Of a stretch of DNA of 64,000 bases, positions 1 through 9,771 are shown in pieces. Source of the DNA: Alphaproteobacteria bacterium UBA828 (GTDB taxonomy: Bacteria > Pseudomonadota > Alphaproteobacteria > UBA828); the NCBI GenBank assembly GCA_002296185.1, contig DBHM01000027.1:158867-222866 (forward strand), written 5' to 3'. The translations under genes were made by a program, and so were the position numbers. The notes beneath the pieces were generated by a model. The model was not told the DNA's origin. It searched no databases and saw nothing but the letters and a program-made list of their open reading frames with translations. Within the stretch, counting starts at the first letter, position 1. Each line of letters starts with the position of its first letter.

Positions 1-26
1 AAAATATACTAAATAGGGCATCGTAA

Positions 27-800
27 TTATATCTCCAGGGAGATAACTGATAATAAGCGGCCATAATCACCACCGCCATTATGACAAGTTCGTCTGTAAC
101 TAAAAAATCTATCAGAATCAGCATAAGTGTCAGCTGAAATAGTATCAATCAAGCCAATGTTAGCCAACTGTAGCTGGTTTTTAATAAATTCGGGTAGATC
201 AAACATAAGAGATTGATGATTTAGCGCAGGATTAAAAAATCTCTTATTTTCTAGACTAAGGTTTATAAAAGGTTCAGCAAATGATCGACTTACTTCGTAA
301 CTTTGTGGGCCAATAGTTGGGCCTATAATCGCAACCGTATATTTTGGAAGGGCCCCAAGACTAGACATAGCATCTACGGTAGATTTAATTATGCCTCCCA
401 GAGCCCCCTTCCAGCCAGCGTGGGTTGCTGCGATAACCTGTGCTTTATAGTTCGAGAGCAGTATAGGTGCGCAATCAGCAGTTAAAACGCCTAAGGGTAC
501 ATTAAAATTATTAGTAATCAACGCGTCGCATTTTGGTCTATCGTGTATCTCGGTTGATTGGTCTATGATTTTTACTACAGAGCTATGTATTTGCCATGCT
601 GTTCGAAGTTTAAATTTTTCTAGATCCAGTGCTGAGAGTGCAATTGTTTGATTTTTACTTATTAAAGCAGGGTCATCATGAGAGCCTATTCCACAGTTAA
701 GGGAGTGGTAGCGTCCAGTGCTAACACCCCCGTTTCTCGTAAAAAAACCATGTTTTACAGAGTGTTGGTCGAGAGCTTGGTGTTGAATTAGGTTTGTCAT
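27..800 (-). CDS. pgeF: Peptidoglycan editing factor PgeF / YfiH laccase-domain protein
   Basis: HGFFTRNGGVS, QIHS, LTADCAPIL, HAGWKG and FFSYRR motifs; usual lgt-MidA-pgeF order. Confidence 0.92.
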   Translation of the reverse strand: MTNLIQHQALDQHSVKHGFFTRNGGVSTGRYHSLNCGIGSHDDPALISKNQTIALSALDLEKFKLRTAWQIHSSVVKIIDQSTEIHDRPKCDALITNNFNVPLGVLTADCAPILLSNYKAQVIAATHAGWKGALGGIIKSTVDAMSSLGALPKYTVAIIGPTIGPQSYEVSRSFAEPFINLSLENKRFFNPALNHQSLMFDLPEFIKNQLQLANIGLIDTISADTYADSDRFFSYRRTCHNGGGDYGRLLSVISLEI

Positions 801-806
801 AGATTT

Positions 807-1925
807 CTAATATGTATTTATAAATTTATTATAAGAGCAATTTTCAAATCCTGGGGGCATAGGTGAGCTATCGTCAGTTATAGCTATAGCTTTAAACATG
901 CTGCCCATTTGCTCAGGATCAATAAGCCTATCTAGTGCACGCTGTATTTCAAGGCCAGATTGCGTATTGGAATTATTCCGCAAATAGGATGCTCTTGTTT
1001 CTATACCTAGTCTTCTTAAAAATTGACTTTGCATTATAGGTCCCCAATGCAAAACCCCAATATTAGAGATGGCTCTTTGAAGGGCCTGGAAGTCCAGATG
1101 CGCTGTAAGGTCAGCAGTTCCTGGATCGACTAGTACTGGATGGAATTTATGATTTTTAACAGCCTGAAGCGTTTCCCCTATTGCTGTTTGGGTATGCCCA
1201 TAATCGATAATAAGTATTACTCCCCCCTCAACTGATATTTTTTTAGCAAGTATTTTAACCATTTTTTCTCTAGCTGGAGAAAATTCAAATATTGATCCCT
1301 CCTCAGTTCTTTCTTTAATTATCTCTGATGGAAGCTGCTCCTCCTTTGCTTCAGGACCTGAAGAAAATATTAGTTTTTGGTTAATATCGTTGGTTACTGA
1401 TATCTGTCTTTCATGCCAACAACCAGTATCATATACCAACTGATTAACTGGAAGGGCATCAAAGAATTCGTTTGCAATGATTATTGATGGTCCAGGGGGA
1501 ATGCTATTTATAGAATTATGCCAAATAACTTCCCTGTCTTTTAAGGTATATTGCTGAACGCGCTTTAATTTTGGATTTATTTCCACTAAATGTGTTTCAA
1601 ATTTTTCGGGCGATTTATCTATCTTTGATATTGATCTCAGAATGTCATTGATTAATACACCATGCCCCGGACCAAGTTCTATGAGTTTTATCTGCGCATT
1701 ATCAGATAATTGTTTATGCATTAGTGTTACCCAGATTCCAATTATTTCCCCAAACATTTGAGAGATTTCAGGTGCAGTGATAAAGTCACCAGATGTACCT
1801 ATGGGATCAATAGTTTTATAGTAACCAAATTCTGGGTGACTAAGGGCTAAGTCCATATAGTGTTCTACAGATATAGGGCCGTTTTTTTCTATAAGTTTTT
1901 TAATTATTATTTCAAGTGATGCCAT
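807..1925 (-). CDS. SAM-dependent methyltransferase, MidA/NDUFAF7 family
   Basis: GYY...GDFITAPEISQMFGE, IELGPGHG, ANEFFDALP, DYG and ADLTAHLDF motifs. Confidence 0.92.
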   Translation of the reverse strand: MASLEIIIKKLIEKNGPISVEHYMDLALSHPEFGYYKTIDPIGTSGDFITAPEISQMFGEIIGIWVTLMHKQLSDNAQIKLIELGPGHGVLINDILRSISKIDKSPEKFETHLVEINPKLKRVQQYTLKDREVIWHNSINSIPPGPSIIIANEFFDALPVNQLVYDTGCWHERQISVTNDINQKLIFSSGPEAKEEQLPSEIIKERTEEGSIFEFSPAREKMVKILAKKISVEGGVILIIDYGHTQTAIGETLQAVKNHKFHPVLVDPGTADLTAHLDFQALQRAISNIGVLHWGPIMQSQFLRRLGIETRASYLRNNSNTQSGLEIQRALDRLIDPEQMGSMFKAIAITDDSSPMPPGFENCSYNKFINTY

Positions 1926-2732
1926 CTAATTTGAACGTCCATTAAGTAACGGTTTTATAACTAAAATTAGACCAAATAGTAACATTGGAAGAGAGAGTAA
2001 TTGCCCCATGGTAATGCTAGAAAAAATAAAACCAAGAGAAGCATCCGGTTCCCGAAACAATTCAACAATTATTCGAGATATGGAATAACCAATTAAAAAG
2101 ACACCTGTAATAAGCCCTGGAAATTTATTGAGCTTAAAGAAAAATGTTAAAAAACTTAGTAAAATAAATAAAACTAATCCCTCAAGAAGGGCCTCATATA
2201 ACTGACTGGGATGACGAGGAAACTCTCCTCCTCTTGGGAAAACAATTGCCCAAGGAACTTCACTAGGCCTACCAAAGAGTTCTCCATTAATAAAATTTGC
2301 TATTCTTCCAAAGAATAAACCGATAGGAGCAGCCATAGATACAACATCAGTGAGTTTTAGTAGCGGTAAGCTCTTTTTTCTTGAAAAAAGAATAAGGCCT
2401 AAAATCATTCCGACTAATCCCCCATGAAAGGACATGCCTCCATTCCAGATCATAAGTATTTGAATTGGATCTGAGAAATACTTACTGGGCTCGTAGAAAA
2501 AAACATATCCTAGACGTCCTCCAAGAATGATAGCTAGGGTTGAGAATACGAGAAGATCATCGACTTGACGCTTTGTAAGTGATGCTATTCCTTTGCGGCT
2601 AAGATAATGAATATAAAGCCAACCTAGAAGTAATCCGGCCACATAAGCAAGAGCGTACCATCTTATTTCAAGCGGACCAATTTTTAGTGCTACTTCTTCT
2701 ATCATTGGAAAAGTAAGGGCAACTGTTAGCAT
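1926..2732 (-). CDS. lgt: Prolipoprotein diacylglyceryl transferase
   Basis: IRWYALAY, GGRLGYV, GGMSFHGG, GRIANFINGEL, HPSQLYE. Confidence 0.97.
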   Translation of the reverse strand: MLTVALTFPMIEEVALKIGPLEIRWYALAYVAGLLLGWLYIHYLSRKGIASLTKRQVDDLLVFSTLAIILGGRLGYVFFYEPSKYFSDPIQILMIWNGGMSFHGGLVGMILGLILFSRKKSLPLLKLTDVVSMAAPIGLFFGRIANFINGELFGRPSEVPWAIVFPRGGEFPRHPSQLYEALLEGLVLFILLSFLTFFFKLNKFPGLITGVFLIGYSISRIIVELFREPDASLGFIFSSITMGQLLSLPMLLFGLILVIKPLLNGRSN

Positions 2733-3724
2733 TAGAGGTAGGGATCAGGCTTAATAAGAAATTGTTGAACATATTTTCTTATTCCCGCCTCCAGACTCGT
2801 TGGTTGTTTGGTGTATCCTGTATTGATAAGACGTTCCATATTTGCTTCTGTAAAATATTGATACTTAGGCCTTAGATCTACAGGCATATCTATATATTTT
2901 ATTTTTTCCGGTTTATCCAAAGCGGCAAACAATGCGCAGGCTAGCTCACGAAAGCTCCGAGCTTTTCCGGTTCCCACATTAAAAATTCCATTTACGTTAC
3001 CTTTTTCAACTAGCCATAAAATAATATTCACACAATCACCAACCCATACGAAGTCCCTTAGTTGTTCGCCATCAGCATAGTTAGGGTCATGGGATTTGAA
3101 GAGTTTAACTTCTCCATTTGTCATTGCATCAGGAAATATTGTAGCCGCAACACTTCTTTGGTTTCCTTTGTGATATTCATTAGGGCCATATACATTAAAA
3201 AACTTTAATCCCACCCATTGTGGGGGATATTTGTGGCCCGATGAGATTTGACTAACGATTTTGCGATCAAAAAGATGTTTAGATCTTCCATAATGGTTCA
3301 GAGGACGTAACTTAGAAAGGGATTTGGGGTCGTAATCGTCCTCAAAACCCATGTTACCATTTCCATATGTAGCTGCTGACGAGGCATATATAAATGGCAC
3401 TTTATTTTCTACGCACCAATCCCATAACTTTAGGCTGTATTGATAATTATTTTTAACAAAAAGTGAGGCATCTGTAATCATCGTTGAGGAAGTTGCTCCC
3501 ATATGAAGAATGGCTTGTATATTTGACTTATTCTTAGTGCAGAAATTAAGAAGCATTGGGGGTGCAACAAAGTCGTGAATGTTTCTCTTAGAAATATTTT
3601 CTAAATGCGCATTTGGTTCATCTGATACAACCAGCTCTTTATATCCTCTCTGCTCAAGTGAAGCTAAAATATTAGAGCCTATAAAACCAGTGCCTCCTGT
3701 TACAATAATCATATCTTCTCGCAC
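2732..3724 (-). CDS. hldD: ADP-L-glycero-D-manno-heptose 6-epimerase
   Basis: VTGGTGFIGSN, YASSAATYG, YGRSK, FFNVYGPNEYHKG, RDFVWV, YQYFTEA. Confidence 0.93.
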   Translation of the reverse strand: MREDMIIVTGGTGFIGSNILASLEQRGYKELVVSDEPNAHLENISKRNIHDFVAPPMLLNFCTKNKSNIQAILHMGATSSTMITDASLFVKNNYQYSLKLWDWCVENKVPFIYASSAATYGNGNMGFEDDYDPKSLSKLRPLNHYGRSKHLFDRKIVSQISSGHKYPPQWVGLKFFNVYGPNEYHKGNQRSVAATIFPDAMTNGEVKLFKSHDPNYADGEQLRDFVWVGDCVNIILWLVEKGNVNGIFNVGTGKARSFRELACALFAALDKPEKIKYIDMPVDLRPKYQYFTEANMERLINTGYTKQPTSLEAGIRKYVQQFLIKPDPYL

Positions 3725-3826
3725 CTCGAAAACTCTTGCATTCGTATCCCCCAGGGCCTAGGAATTAGGATATAAAATATCTTTAAGGTATGCTCGCATA
3801 ATTCAAGTCTAATTGGGAGACATCTG

Positions 3827-4093
3827 ATGAAAGTTGATAGCAAATTATTGGATGACCTTACGCGAATAGCTGGGAGTGCTATAGGTGCTGCAGGTGGTAT
3901 GAGAAATGAGCTAGAAGTGGCATTTAAGCGGCGTTTAGAGGAGGCAATATCTAACATGGATGTGGTTACCCGTTCAGAATTTGATGCAGTCAAAGAAATA
4001 GCCCTAAAGGCTCGGTCTGAACAAGAGTTATTAACAGAACGTCTTAGTCAGATAGAGGCCAATTTAAGTAATAATACTTCTACAAAAGACTAA
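3827..4093 (+). CDS. ubiK: Accessory factor UbiK / BMFP (YqiC) family coiled-coil protein
   Basis: MDVVTRSEFDAVK motif followed by coiled coil; divergent from the lgt operon. Confidence 0.85.
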   Translation: MKVDSKLLDDLTRIAGSAIGAAGGMRNELEVAFKRRLEEAISNMDVVTRSEFDAVKEIALKARSEQELLTERLSQIEANLSNNTSTKD

Positions 4094-4216
4094 TTAAAAC
4101 AATTACATATATTATATTTATGACTAAATCGAACCTTGATTTAGTATGTATTGGTATCTTCTAATTTTCATTAAAAAATCTTAAAAATCAACAAATTGAT
4201 CATTGAAATTCCTGTA

Positions 4217-4282
4217 CTACATTCTATTGTAGTAACCAGAACATATAGTAGCTTATTTAACATGTGATACAAAATATTGTAG
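4217..4282 (+). promoter_or_regulatory. Tandem NrdR-box-like operators upstream of ybjN-proC
   Basis: CCAGAACATATAGTAG (4236-4251) and ATACAAAATATTGTAG (4267-4282) fit acaCwAtATaTwGtg, 31 bp apart; weaker third copy at 4217-4232. Confidence 0.55.
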
Positions 4283-4320
4283 CTATTAGAGCTGCCATTA
4301 ATCTAGTTTAGGAATATTTT

Positions 4321-4824
4321 ATGACTGGTGATTTAGCAGATATGATGGAAAGTAATGGTGGTGCTTTAGAGGTGGTTGAGCGTGTAGTTAGTGCCGCAGA
4401 GCTCCAATTTGAAAGATTTAGTACAGAAGACCTGGCTGCTGAATATCAAGGTAGATGGGGTATGTATCAGCTTTGGTTTGCAGTCCGCCAAGACGTGCAA
4501 GTAATGCATGTATCATGTGCCCTAGACTTAAAAATTGTAGGCTCAGAATTTGATTCTATATATCCTCTGTTGGCTAGAATCAATGAAAGACTATGGTTGG
4601 GTCATTTTGATGTTTGGCACTCAGAAGGACAGCCTACATGGCGGCATTCAATAGTTTTTAGGGCTGGTCCGATTCCAAATGACCAGCAAATAGCTGATAT
4701 AGTAGGCACAGCTTTGGACGATTGCGAGAAATACTTCCCTGCTTTTAAAGAGGTTCTAAATTATGGAACGGACCCAGAAATTGCAATTGCTTCAGCAATA
4801 GTGGACACGGTCGGCGTAGCATAA
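4321..4824 (+). CDS. YbjN domain-containing protein
   Basis: G.WG.YQLWF, INERLWLGHFDVW and CEKYFPAF, typical of alphaproteobacterial YbjN proteins preceding proC. Confidence 0.85.
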   Translation: MTGDLADMMESNGGALEVVERVVSAAELQFERFSTEDLAAEYQGRWGMYQLWFAVRQDVQVMHVSCALDLKIVGSEFDSIYPLLARINERLWLGHFDVWHSEGQPTWRHSIVFRAGPIPNDQQIADIVGTALDDCEKYFPAFKEVLNYGTDPEIAIASAIVDTVGVA

Positions 4825-5648
4825 TGGCTGCAATATCTGATGTTTCTCTGCTTTTAGTTGGTGGCGGAAAGATGGGAGGCGCCCTCCTCAATGGCTGGCT
4901 AAGCAATGGCCTACAACCGGAAAATGTTGTTCTAGTTGATAAAAATTCAGAAATTTTATCCTCTTTTAGTGACATAGGTATATCTACTGTTTTAAGCCCT
5001 TTAAAGATTGACCCTGATTTTTCGGCTGACATCATTTTTTTTGCAGTCAAGCCAGATTTAGTGGTAGAAGTATCTAATTCATATAAAAAATTTATTAGTA
5101 ATGGTGCACTTCTCATATCTGTGGCAGCTGGGGTTAAAATATCAGCACTTGAGGTCCATTCGGGTAGCGTTCCAATAATTCGCGCGATGCCTAATACACC
5201 TTCATCAATTGGTAGAGGTATCACAGCAGTTTGTGCAAATAACAAGGTTATTTCTCTACAGAAAGAAATTTGTGAAGAATTATTTAGAGCTGTTGGTGAC
5301 GTAATTTGGATTTCTGAAGAATCACATATGGATGCTGTTACGGCAGTATCTGGGAGTGGACCGGCATATCTTTTCTTGATGATTGAATGTCTCTCAGAAG
5401 CTGGAATATCTATTGGTTTAGATCCAGATATTTCTTACAAGCTAGCTCTAGAAACTATTGCAGGTTCGTCAGAATTAGCAAGAAATGACTCTGAGCCTCC
5501 AAATATACTAAGAGAAAATGTAACAAGCCCAGGTGGCACTACTGAAGCTGCTCTTGATATTTTGATGTCAGAAAACGGTTTGAAATACTTGCTAGATAAA
5601 GCTGTTAAAGCAGCCTATCAGAGGTCTAAGGATTTAGCGGGTAGATAA
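4824..5648 (+). CDS. proC: Pyrroline-5-carboxylate reductase
   Basis: GGGKMG, AVKP, RAMPNTP, TAVSGSGPAY, VTSPGGTT. Confidence 0.97.
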   Translation: MAAISDVSLLLVGGGKMGGALLNGWLSNGLQPENVVLVDKNSEILSSFSDIGISTVLSPLKIDPDFSADIIFFAVKPDLVVEVSNSYKKFISNGALLISVAAGVKISALEVHSGSVPIIRAMPNTPSSIGRGITAVCANNKVISLQKEICEELFRAVGDVIWISEESHMDAVTAVSGSGPAYLFLMIECLSEAGISIGLDPDISYKLALETIAGSSELARNDSEPPNILRENVTSPGGTTEAALDILMSENGLKYLLDKAVKAAYQRSKDLAGR

Positions 5649-5820
5649 AATTGAAATACCTGAATGCATCTATGAGAAAAATGGTGGAGCAGATTTTGCG
5701 CTCTATTTTGAAGAGCAGATTGTAAGGATGTTACGGCAACGACACGATTTCAGTCGTGTCAAAGCGAAGCATATAGAATGCTCATGGGTTACTAACGACA
5801 AAAGCTCTGATCTCTGGTAG
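5649..5820 (+). pseudogene. Probable start-less 3' gene remnant of unknown family
   Basis: Frame open from 5638 to TAG at 5818-5820 (DKIEIPECIYEKNGGADFALYFEEQIVRMLRQRHDFSRVKAKHIECSW...), with no standard start codon at its 5' end. Confidence 0.35.
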
Positions 5821-5857
5821 CGTATTAGGTCGAAAAAACCAGAAAACAGGTTTAATC

Positions 5858-6136
5858 ATGAAAAATATAATTTTAGTGATTACATTTATATTGTTTGTTG
5901 GTGTCGCCAATAGTGTCTCGGCAAATCTCTTCAATCTGAATATTGCGAAATGGTTTGGTCGAACCTAGAAAGCAATATGGGATTACTTAAACGTTCAAAA
6001 GAGTTTGTAAGTAGAGAATACAAAAAAGCCCCCAGAACGCAGCTAGTATATAAATGATTGGGAAAATGAATTAATATTGCTTTTATCTGAAACAGCTAAT
6101 TGGTCGACCATTTGGAACAATGTTTGTACAGCCTGA
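5858..6136 (+). pseudogene. Frameshifted small secreted protein remnant
   Basis: ATG 5858 gives a signal-peptide-like MKNIILVITFILFVGVANSVSA; protein-like reading continues in two shifted frames and ends ...ANWSTIWNNVCTA* at 6136. Confidence 0.45.
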
Positions 6137-6187
6137 TGGGGTTGTTTAGAATAGATTAAAAATCTTGTAATAGCATTCTATTCATAG

Positions 6188-7513
6188 CTATTTGGGAAGC
6201 CTCAGCTGAGCTCTCAGTCCGCCCAAATTGCTATCTGACATACGTATATCCCCGCCATGGGATCGAGCAACATCAAGAGCAATTGCAAGTCCTAGTCCTG
6301 CGCCTCCAGTATTGGGATTGCGGGCTTCGTCAATTCGGTAGAAGGGTTTAAAGATAGATTCTTTTTGATTATCAGGTACACCTGGCCCATCATCTTCTAT
6401 ATTAATTTCTATATTATCTTTGTTTACCTCTACACTTACTCTTACATTTTTACCAAAATGTGTAGCATTCTCCATAAGATTGGTAAGGCATCTCTTCATT
6501 GCTGATGGCCTTACGGAAATTAAAATTTCTTTATGTGGAATATAAGTTAAGTTATTACTATTATTTTTTATATTTTCAACTACAGTTTTAATTATTAATC
6601 CAAGGTTTGCTTCAACTGGAGACTCGCCTTCTTGCCCCTGAGCGAATGATAAATATTCATTTATCATTTTTTCCATTTCGATAATATCGCGGTTTATTTC
6701 ATCTATTCCAGGAGATTCTTTATTGGTATTTTCTATTATAGCTAATTGTAATTTCATTCTAGTAAGAGGTGTACGAAGATCATGACTAACACCAGCAAGC
6801 ATTTCAGTGCGCTGGTCAATATATCTTCTTATCCTAGCGCGCATTTTGATAAACGCATTTGCTGCCTGACGTATTTCTTTGGCACCCGAAGGTTTAAAGC
6901 CTGAATAATCATGACCTTTACCAAAAGCATTTGCAGCATCTGCAAGCCGCCTAATAGGTCTAATCTGGTTACGAAGAAACAGAATAGCTAGTGCGCTAAC
7001 AATGATGAATGTGCCAACCATCCAAAGTACAAATATATATGTCGTAGAGCTATCCAGTCTTTTACGCGGAGTTAAAATATCCATAACTTCATCACGTAGC
7101 TGTATACGAATTGATAGTTTTCCATCAGGGCGTCGAGTATCTATATGAAATGGAAAATACATTCTTTCAGATATCGCTGAATGGAGTACTCTGTCGATTA
7201 TACGTGAGCTTTTCTTTGGCGGCTCATTAGGGAGTATAGCCCCTTTCTCCAAGCTAACATCTATTTGCATTTCTCTAAGGGCAGCATCAAGTATCCAAGC
7301 TCTTTTTTTAGGATCTGACTCAATCTGTAACTCCCGCATGACGTAAGCTACATCGCCAGCAATTCCAAGCGCGAGTCTTCTGCTAACTGTATCCCAATGA
7401 CGCTCATAAAATATGTATGTAATGACACATTGAAGTAATATTAGTGGTACTAGCATTATGAGCAAAGAACGCCAGAATAAACCTCTTGGTGCTAAATTTT
7501 TTAATCGTGCCAT
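6188..7513 (-). CDS. EnvZ-like sensor histidine kinase
   Basis: Two TM segments, HAMP, SHDLRTPLTR H-box, N/G boxes (EDDGPG, GAGLGL). Confidence 0.95.
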   Translation of the reverse strand: MARLKNLAPRGLFWRSLLIMLVPLILLQCVITYIFYERHWDTVSRRLALGIAGDVAYVMRELQIESDPKKRAWILDAALREMQIDVSLEKGAILPNEPPKKSSRIIDRVLHSAISERMYFPFHIDTRRPDGKLSIRIQLRDEVMDILTPRKRLDSSTTYIFVLWMVGTFIIVSALAILFLRNQIRPIRRLADAANAFGKGHDYSGFKPSGAKEIRQAANAFIKMRARIRRYIDQRTEMLAGVSHDLRTPLTRMKLQLAIIENTNKESPGIDEINRDIIEMEKMINEYLSFAQGQEGESPVEANLGLIIKTVVENIKNNSNNLTYIPHKEILISVRPSAMKRCLTNLMENATHFGKNVRVSVEVNKDNIEINIEDDGPGVPDNQKESIFKPFYRIDEARNPNTGGAGLGLAIALDVARSHGGDIRMSDSNLGGLRAQLRLPK

Positions 7514-7517
7514 CTAA

Positions 7518-8210
7518 TCAATCCGATCGCATTAAATAGCCTGCCCCCCAAATAGTTTTCAGGTAGCGTGGGTCTTTTGGGTTAGGTTCGATCTTACGTC
7601 TTAAGCGAGTTATTTGAACATCTAACGCTCGTCCTGTAGGATCAACGCCAGAATGCGAGCATAATTCACTTCTGCTGATTGTCTCGTTGGGACGGGTGGT
7701 GAAAAGCTTTAAAAGGTCAACTTCTGATCTAGTGAGTTTTATAATTTCAGATCCGTGTTTTAAGGTTTCAGTAATATTATCAAATATATATTCTCCAAAT
7801 TTTAGTGATAATGGAGAGTCTTTAGCTGACTCATTATAATTATCACTTCTTTTGAGAATGCTTGTAATTCGAAGAAGTAATTCTCTTGGTTCAAAGGGTT
7901 TTGTTAGATAATCATCCGCCCCACTTTCAAATCCAGAAATACGGTCTTCTGTTTCGGACATTGCTGTAAGAAGCAGAACTGGAATATCATTTGTTTTACG
8001 AAGATCTTTTGTGAAATTTATTCCAGTTTCTCCTGGCATCATAACATCAAGAACCATGATATCAAATTCCATTCCGGAGAGAAATCTTCGTGCATCAGGG
8101 GCTGATGATGCGACAGTGACGCGATACCCATTATCAGTCAGATATCTTTTAAGCAGATCTCTTAGTCTATCATCATCATCAACGATTAAAACATGTGGTC
8201 CGCATATCAT
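7518..8210 (-). CDS. OmpR-family response regulator (PetR-like)
   Basis: VDDD, LDVMMPG, GADDYLTKPF, winged-helix C-terminus. Confidence 0.95.
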   Translation of the reverse strand: MICGPHVLIVDDDDRLRDLLKRYLTDNGYRVTVASSAPDARRFLSGMEFDIMVLDVMMPGETGINFTKDLRKTNDIPVLLLTAMSETEDRISGFESGADDYLTKPFEPRELLLRITSILKRSDNYNESAKDSPLSLKFGEYIFDNITETLKHGSEIIKLTRSEVDLLKLFTTRPNETISRSELCSHSGVDPTGRALDVQITRLRRKIEPNPKDPRYLKTIWGAGYLMRSD

Positions 8211-8276
8211 ATAATCACCAGTTAAAGCTATTTGATGACATTCTTCACCAGAAAAATTATAAAAATAGTCTATGGT

Positions 8277-8762
8277 TTATTTATTATTAGTAAAACGTTC
8301 ACGATCTACCTCATCGATAATACCTAGTAGGACCTTACGATATCCATCTACAGCATCAGGTCCAGCCTTTCTGTAGGCTTCAGAAAGTAACTTTCTGTGA
8401 ACACCTGCCAAACGATTATCTAAATCATCACCCTTTTGGGTTAATCTTAATAAACGTCGTCGCTTATCTGTATTGCATTTTTGATTTTTAATATATCCAT
8501 CTTCTATTAGTTGTCCTAATACTCGAGATAAGGACTGCTTTGTGATCTTTAGAATACTTAATAATTCAGCCACAGAAATATTCGGATTACGTGCTATAAA
8601 ATATATTACTCTATGGTGGGCCCTACCAAATCCGTAGTTATTTAATATAGTGTCACACTCGGCAGTAAAGTCACGATATGCAAAAAACAGCAGCTCCATT
8701 CCCTCATAGAGCTGGTCTTCACGTAAGAACAAAAGGTTTGTACCGGACTTTATGTCAGCCAT
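8277..8762 (-). CDS. MarR-family regulator (PetP-like); start reassigned to ATG 8762
   Basis: LLFLRE...MELLFFAYRDFT, GFGRAHHRV, ILKITKQSLSRVL; divergent from ilvE. Confidence 0.88.
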   Translation of the reverse strand: MADIKSGTNLLFLREDQLYEGMELLFFAYRDFTAECDTILNNYGFGRAHHRVIYFIARNPNISVAELLSILKITKQSLSRVLGQLIEDGYIKNQKCNTDKRRRLLRLTQKGDDLDNRLAGVHRKLLSEAYRKAGPDAVDGYRKVLLGIIDEVDRERFTNNK

Positions 8763-8798
8763 GTTGACTGATATGCCGTGCGATGCTAGTGGATGCAA
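8754..8798 (-). promoter_or_regulatory. Sigma70-type promoter with an inverted repeat over the MarR start codon
   Basis: Minus strand TTGCAT-N17-CATATC-N7-ATG; GTCAAC-ATG-GCTGAC inverted repeat. Confidence 0.45.
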
Positions 8799-8851
8799 GT
8801 CTTTTTATGCAACAATGTTGAATCTAGTCAATAAATTAGAATGGAATATTT

Positions 8852-9727
8852 ATGGTTGAACTCGTTCCTTATGACGATCGCGATGGCAAGATCTGGTATA
8901 ATGGTGAGCTTGTATTGTGGCGTGAGGCAAAGCTCCATGTCCTGAGTCATGCTTTGCATTATGCTAGCTGCGTATTTGAGGGAGAGAGGGTTTATGGTGG
9001 AAAAGTATATAAGTTAGAAGAGCATACCACCCGTTTATTTCAGTCAGCTAAGGAACTTGGGTTTGAAATCCCATTTAGCTCCAATATGCTAAATTCAGCT
9101 ACACTAGAAGTTGTTGCCGCTGAAGGTATTGATGATGGCTATGTCCGGCCCGTAGCATGGAGGGGACCTGAGCAGATGGGAGTTTCTGCGCAAGAGACTA
9201 AAATCCATGTAGCTATCGCTGCTTGGCCGTGGCCTGCCTACTTTGGTGATGAAGCTAGAAAAAAAGGTATAAAATTAAAGACTTCAAAGTGGAAAAGGCC
9301 TGCCCCTGATACTGCTCCAGTAAAAGCAAAAGCTGCAGGCTTATATATGATCTGCACTTTGTCTAAACATGACGCAGAGGCTAGTGGTTACCATGATGCG
9401 CTAATGTTAGATTGGAGAGGACAAGTCGCAGAGGCAACCGGAGCTAACATATTTCTCGTTCAAGACGGCGTTATTCATACTCCAATCCCAGATTGTTTTC
9501 TTGACGGTATTACTCGTAGGACTGTGATCCAGTTGGCCAAACAGCGCGGATATAGCGTAAAAGAGCGCCCTATATTTCCAGAAGACATAGAAAAATCGGA
9601 AGAAATATTTCTTACCGGAACAGCGGCAGAAGTCACGCCTGTTGGACAGGTTGATCAACATTTTCTCAAAGTTGGCCCTATCACGGAGCGCCTTATAGCT
9701 GATTATGACGAAGAGGTTAGAAAATAA
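8852..9727 (+). CDS. ilvE: Branched-chain amino acid aminotransferase
   Basis: HALHYASCVFEGER, KAKAAGLY, EATGANIF, LDGITR, TGTAAEVTPV. Confidence 0.95.
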   Translation: MVELVPYDDRDGKIWYNGELVLWREAKLHVLSHALHYASCVFEGERVYGGKVYKLEEHTTRLFQSAKELGFEIPFSSNMLNSATLEVVAAEGIDDGYVRPVAWRGPEQMGVSAQETKIHVAIAAWPWPAYFGDEARKKGIKLKTSKWKRPAPDTAPVKAKAAGLYMICTLSKHDAEASGYHDALMLDWRGQVAEATGANIFLVQDGVIHTPIPDCFLDGITRRTVIQLAKQRGYSVKERPIFPEDIEKSEEIFLTGTAAEVTPVGQVDQHFLKVGPITERLIADYDEEVRK

Positions 9728-9771
9728 TAAAGGGCGCCTTTAAATCATTTTTATGTAGAAAGTTTATTTTA

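Noticed and set aside
4745..5245. 166-aa antisense ORF over proC, and similar antisense ORFs elsewhere in the track
   Set aside because: They overlap well-supported genes on the opposite strand and show no family signatures
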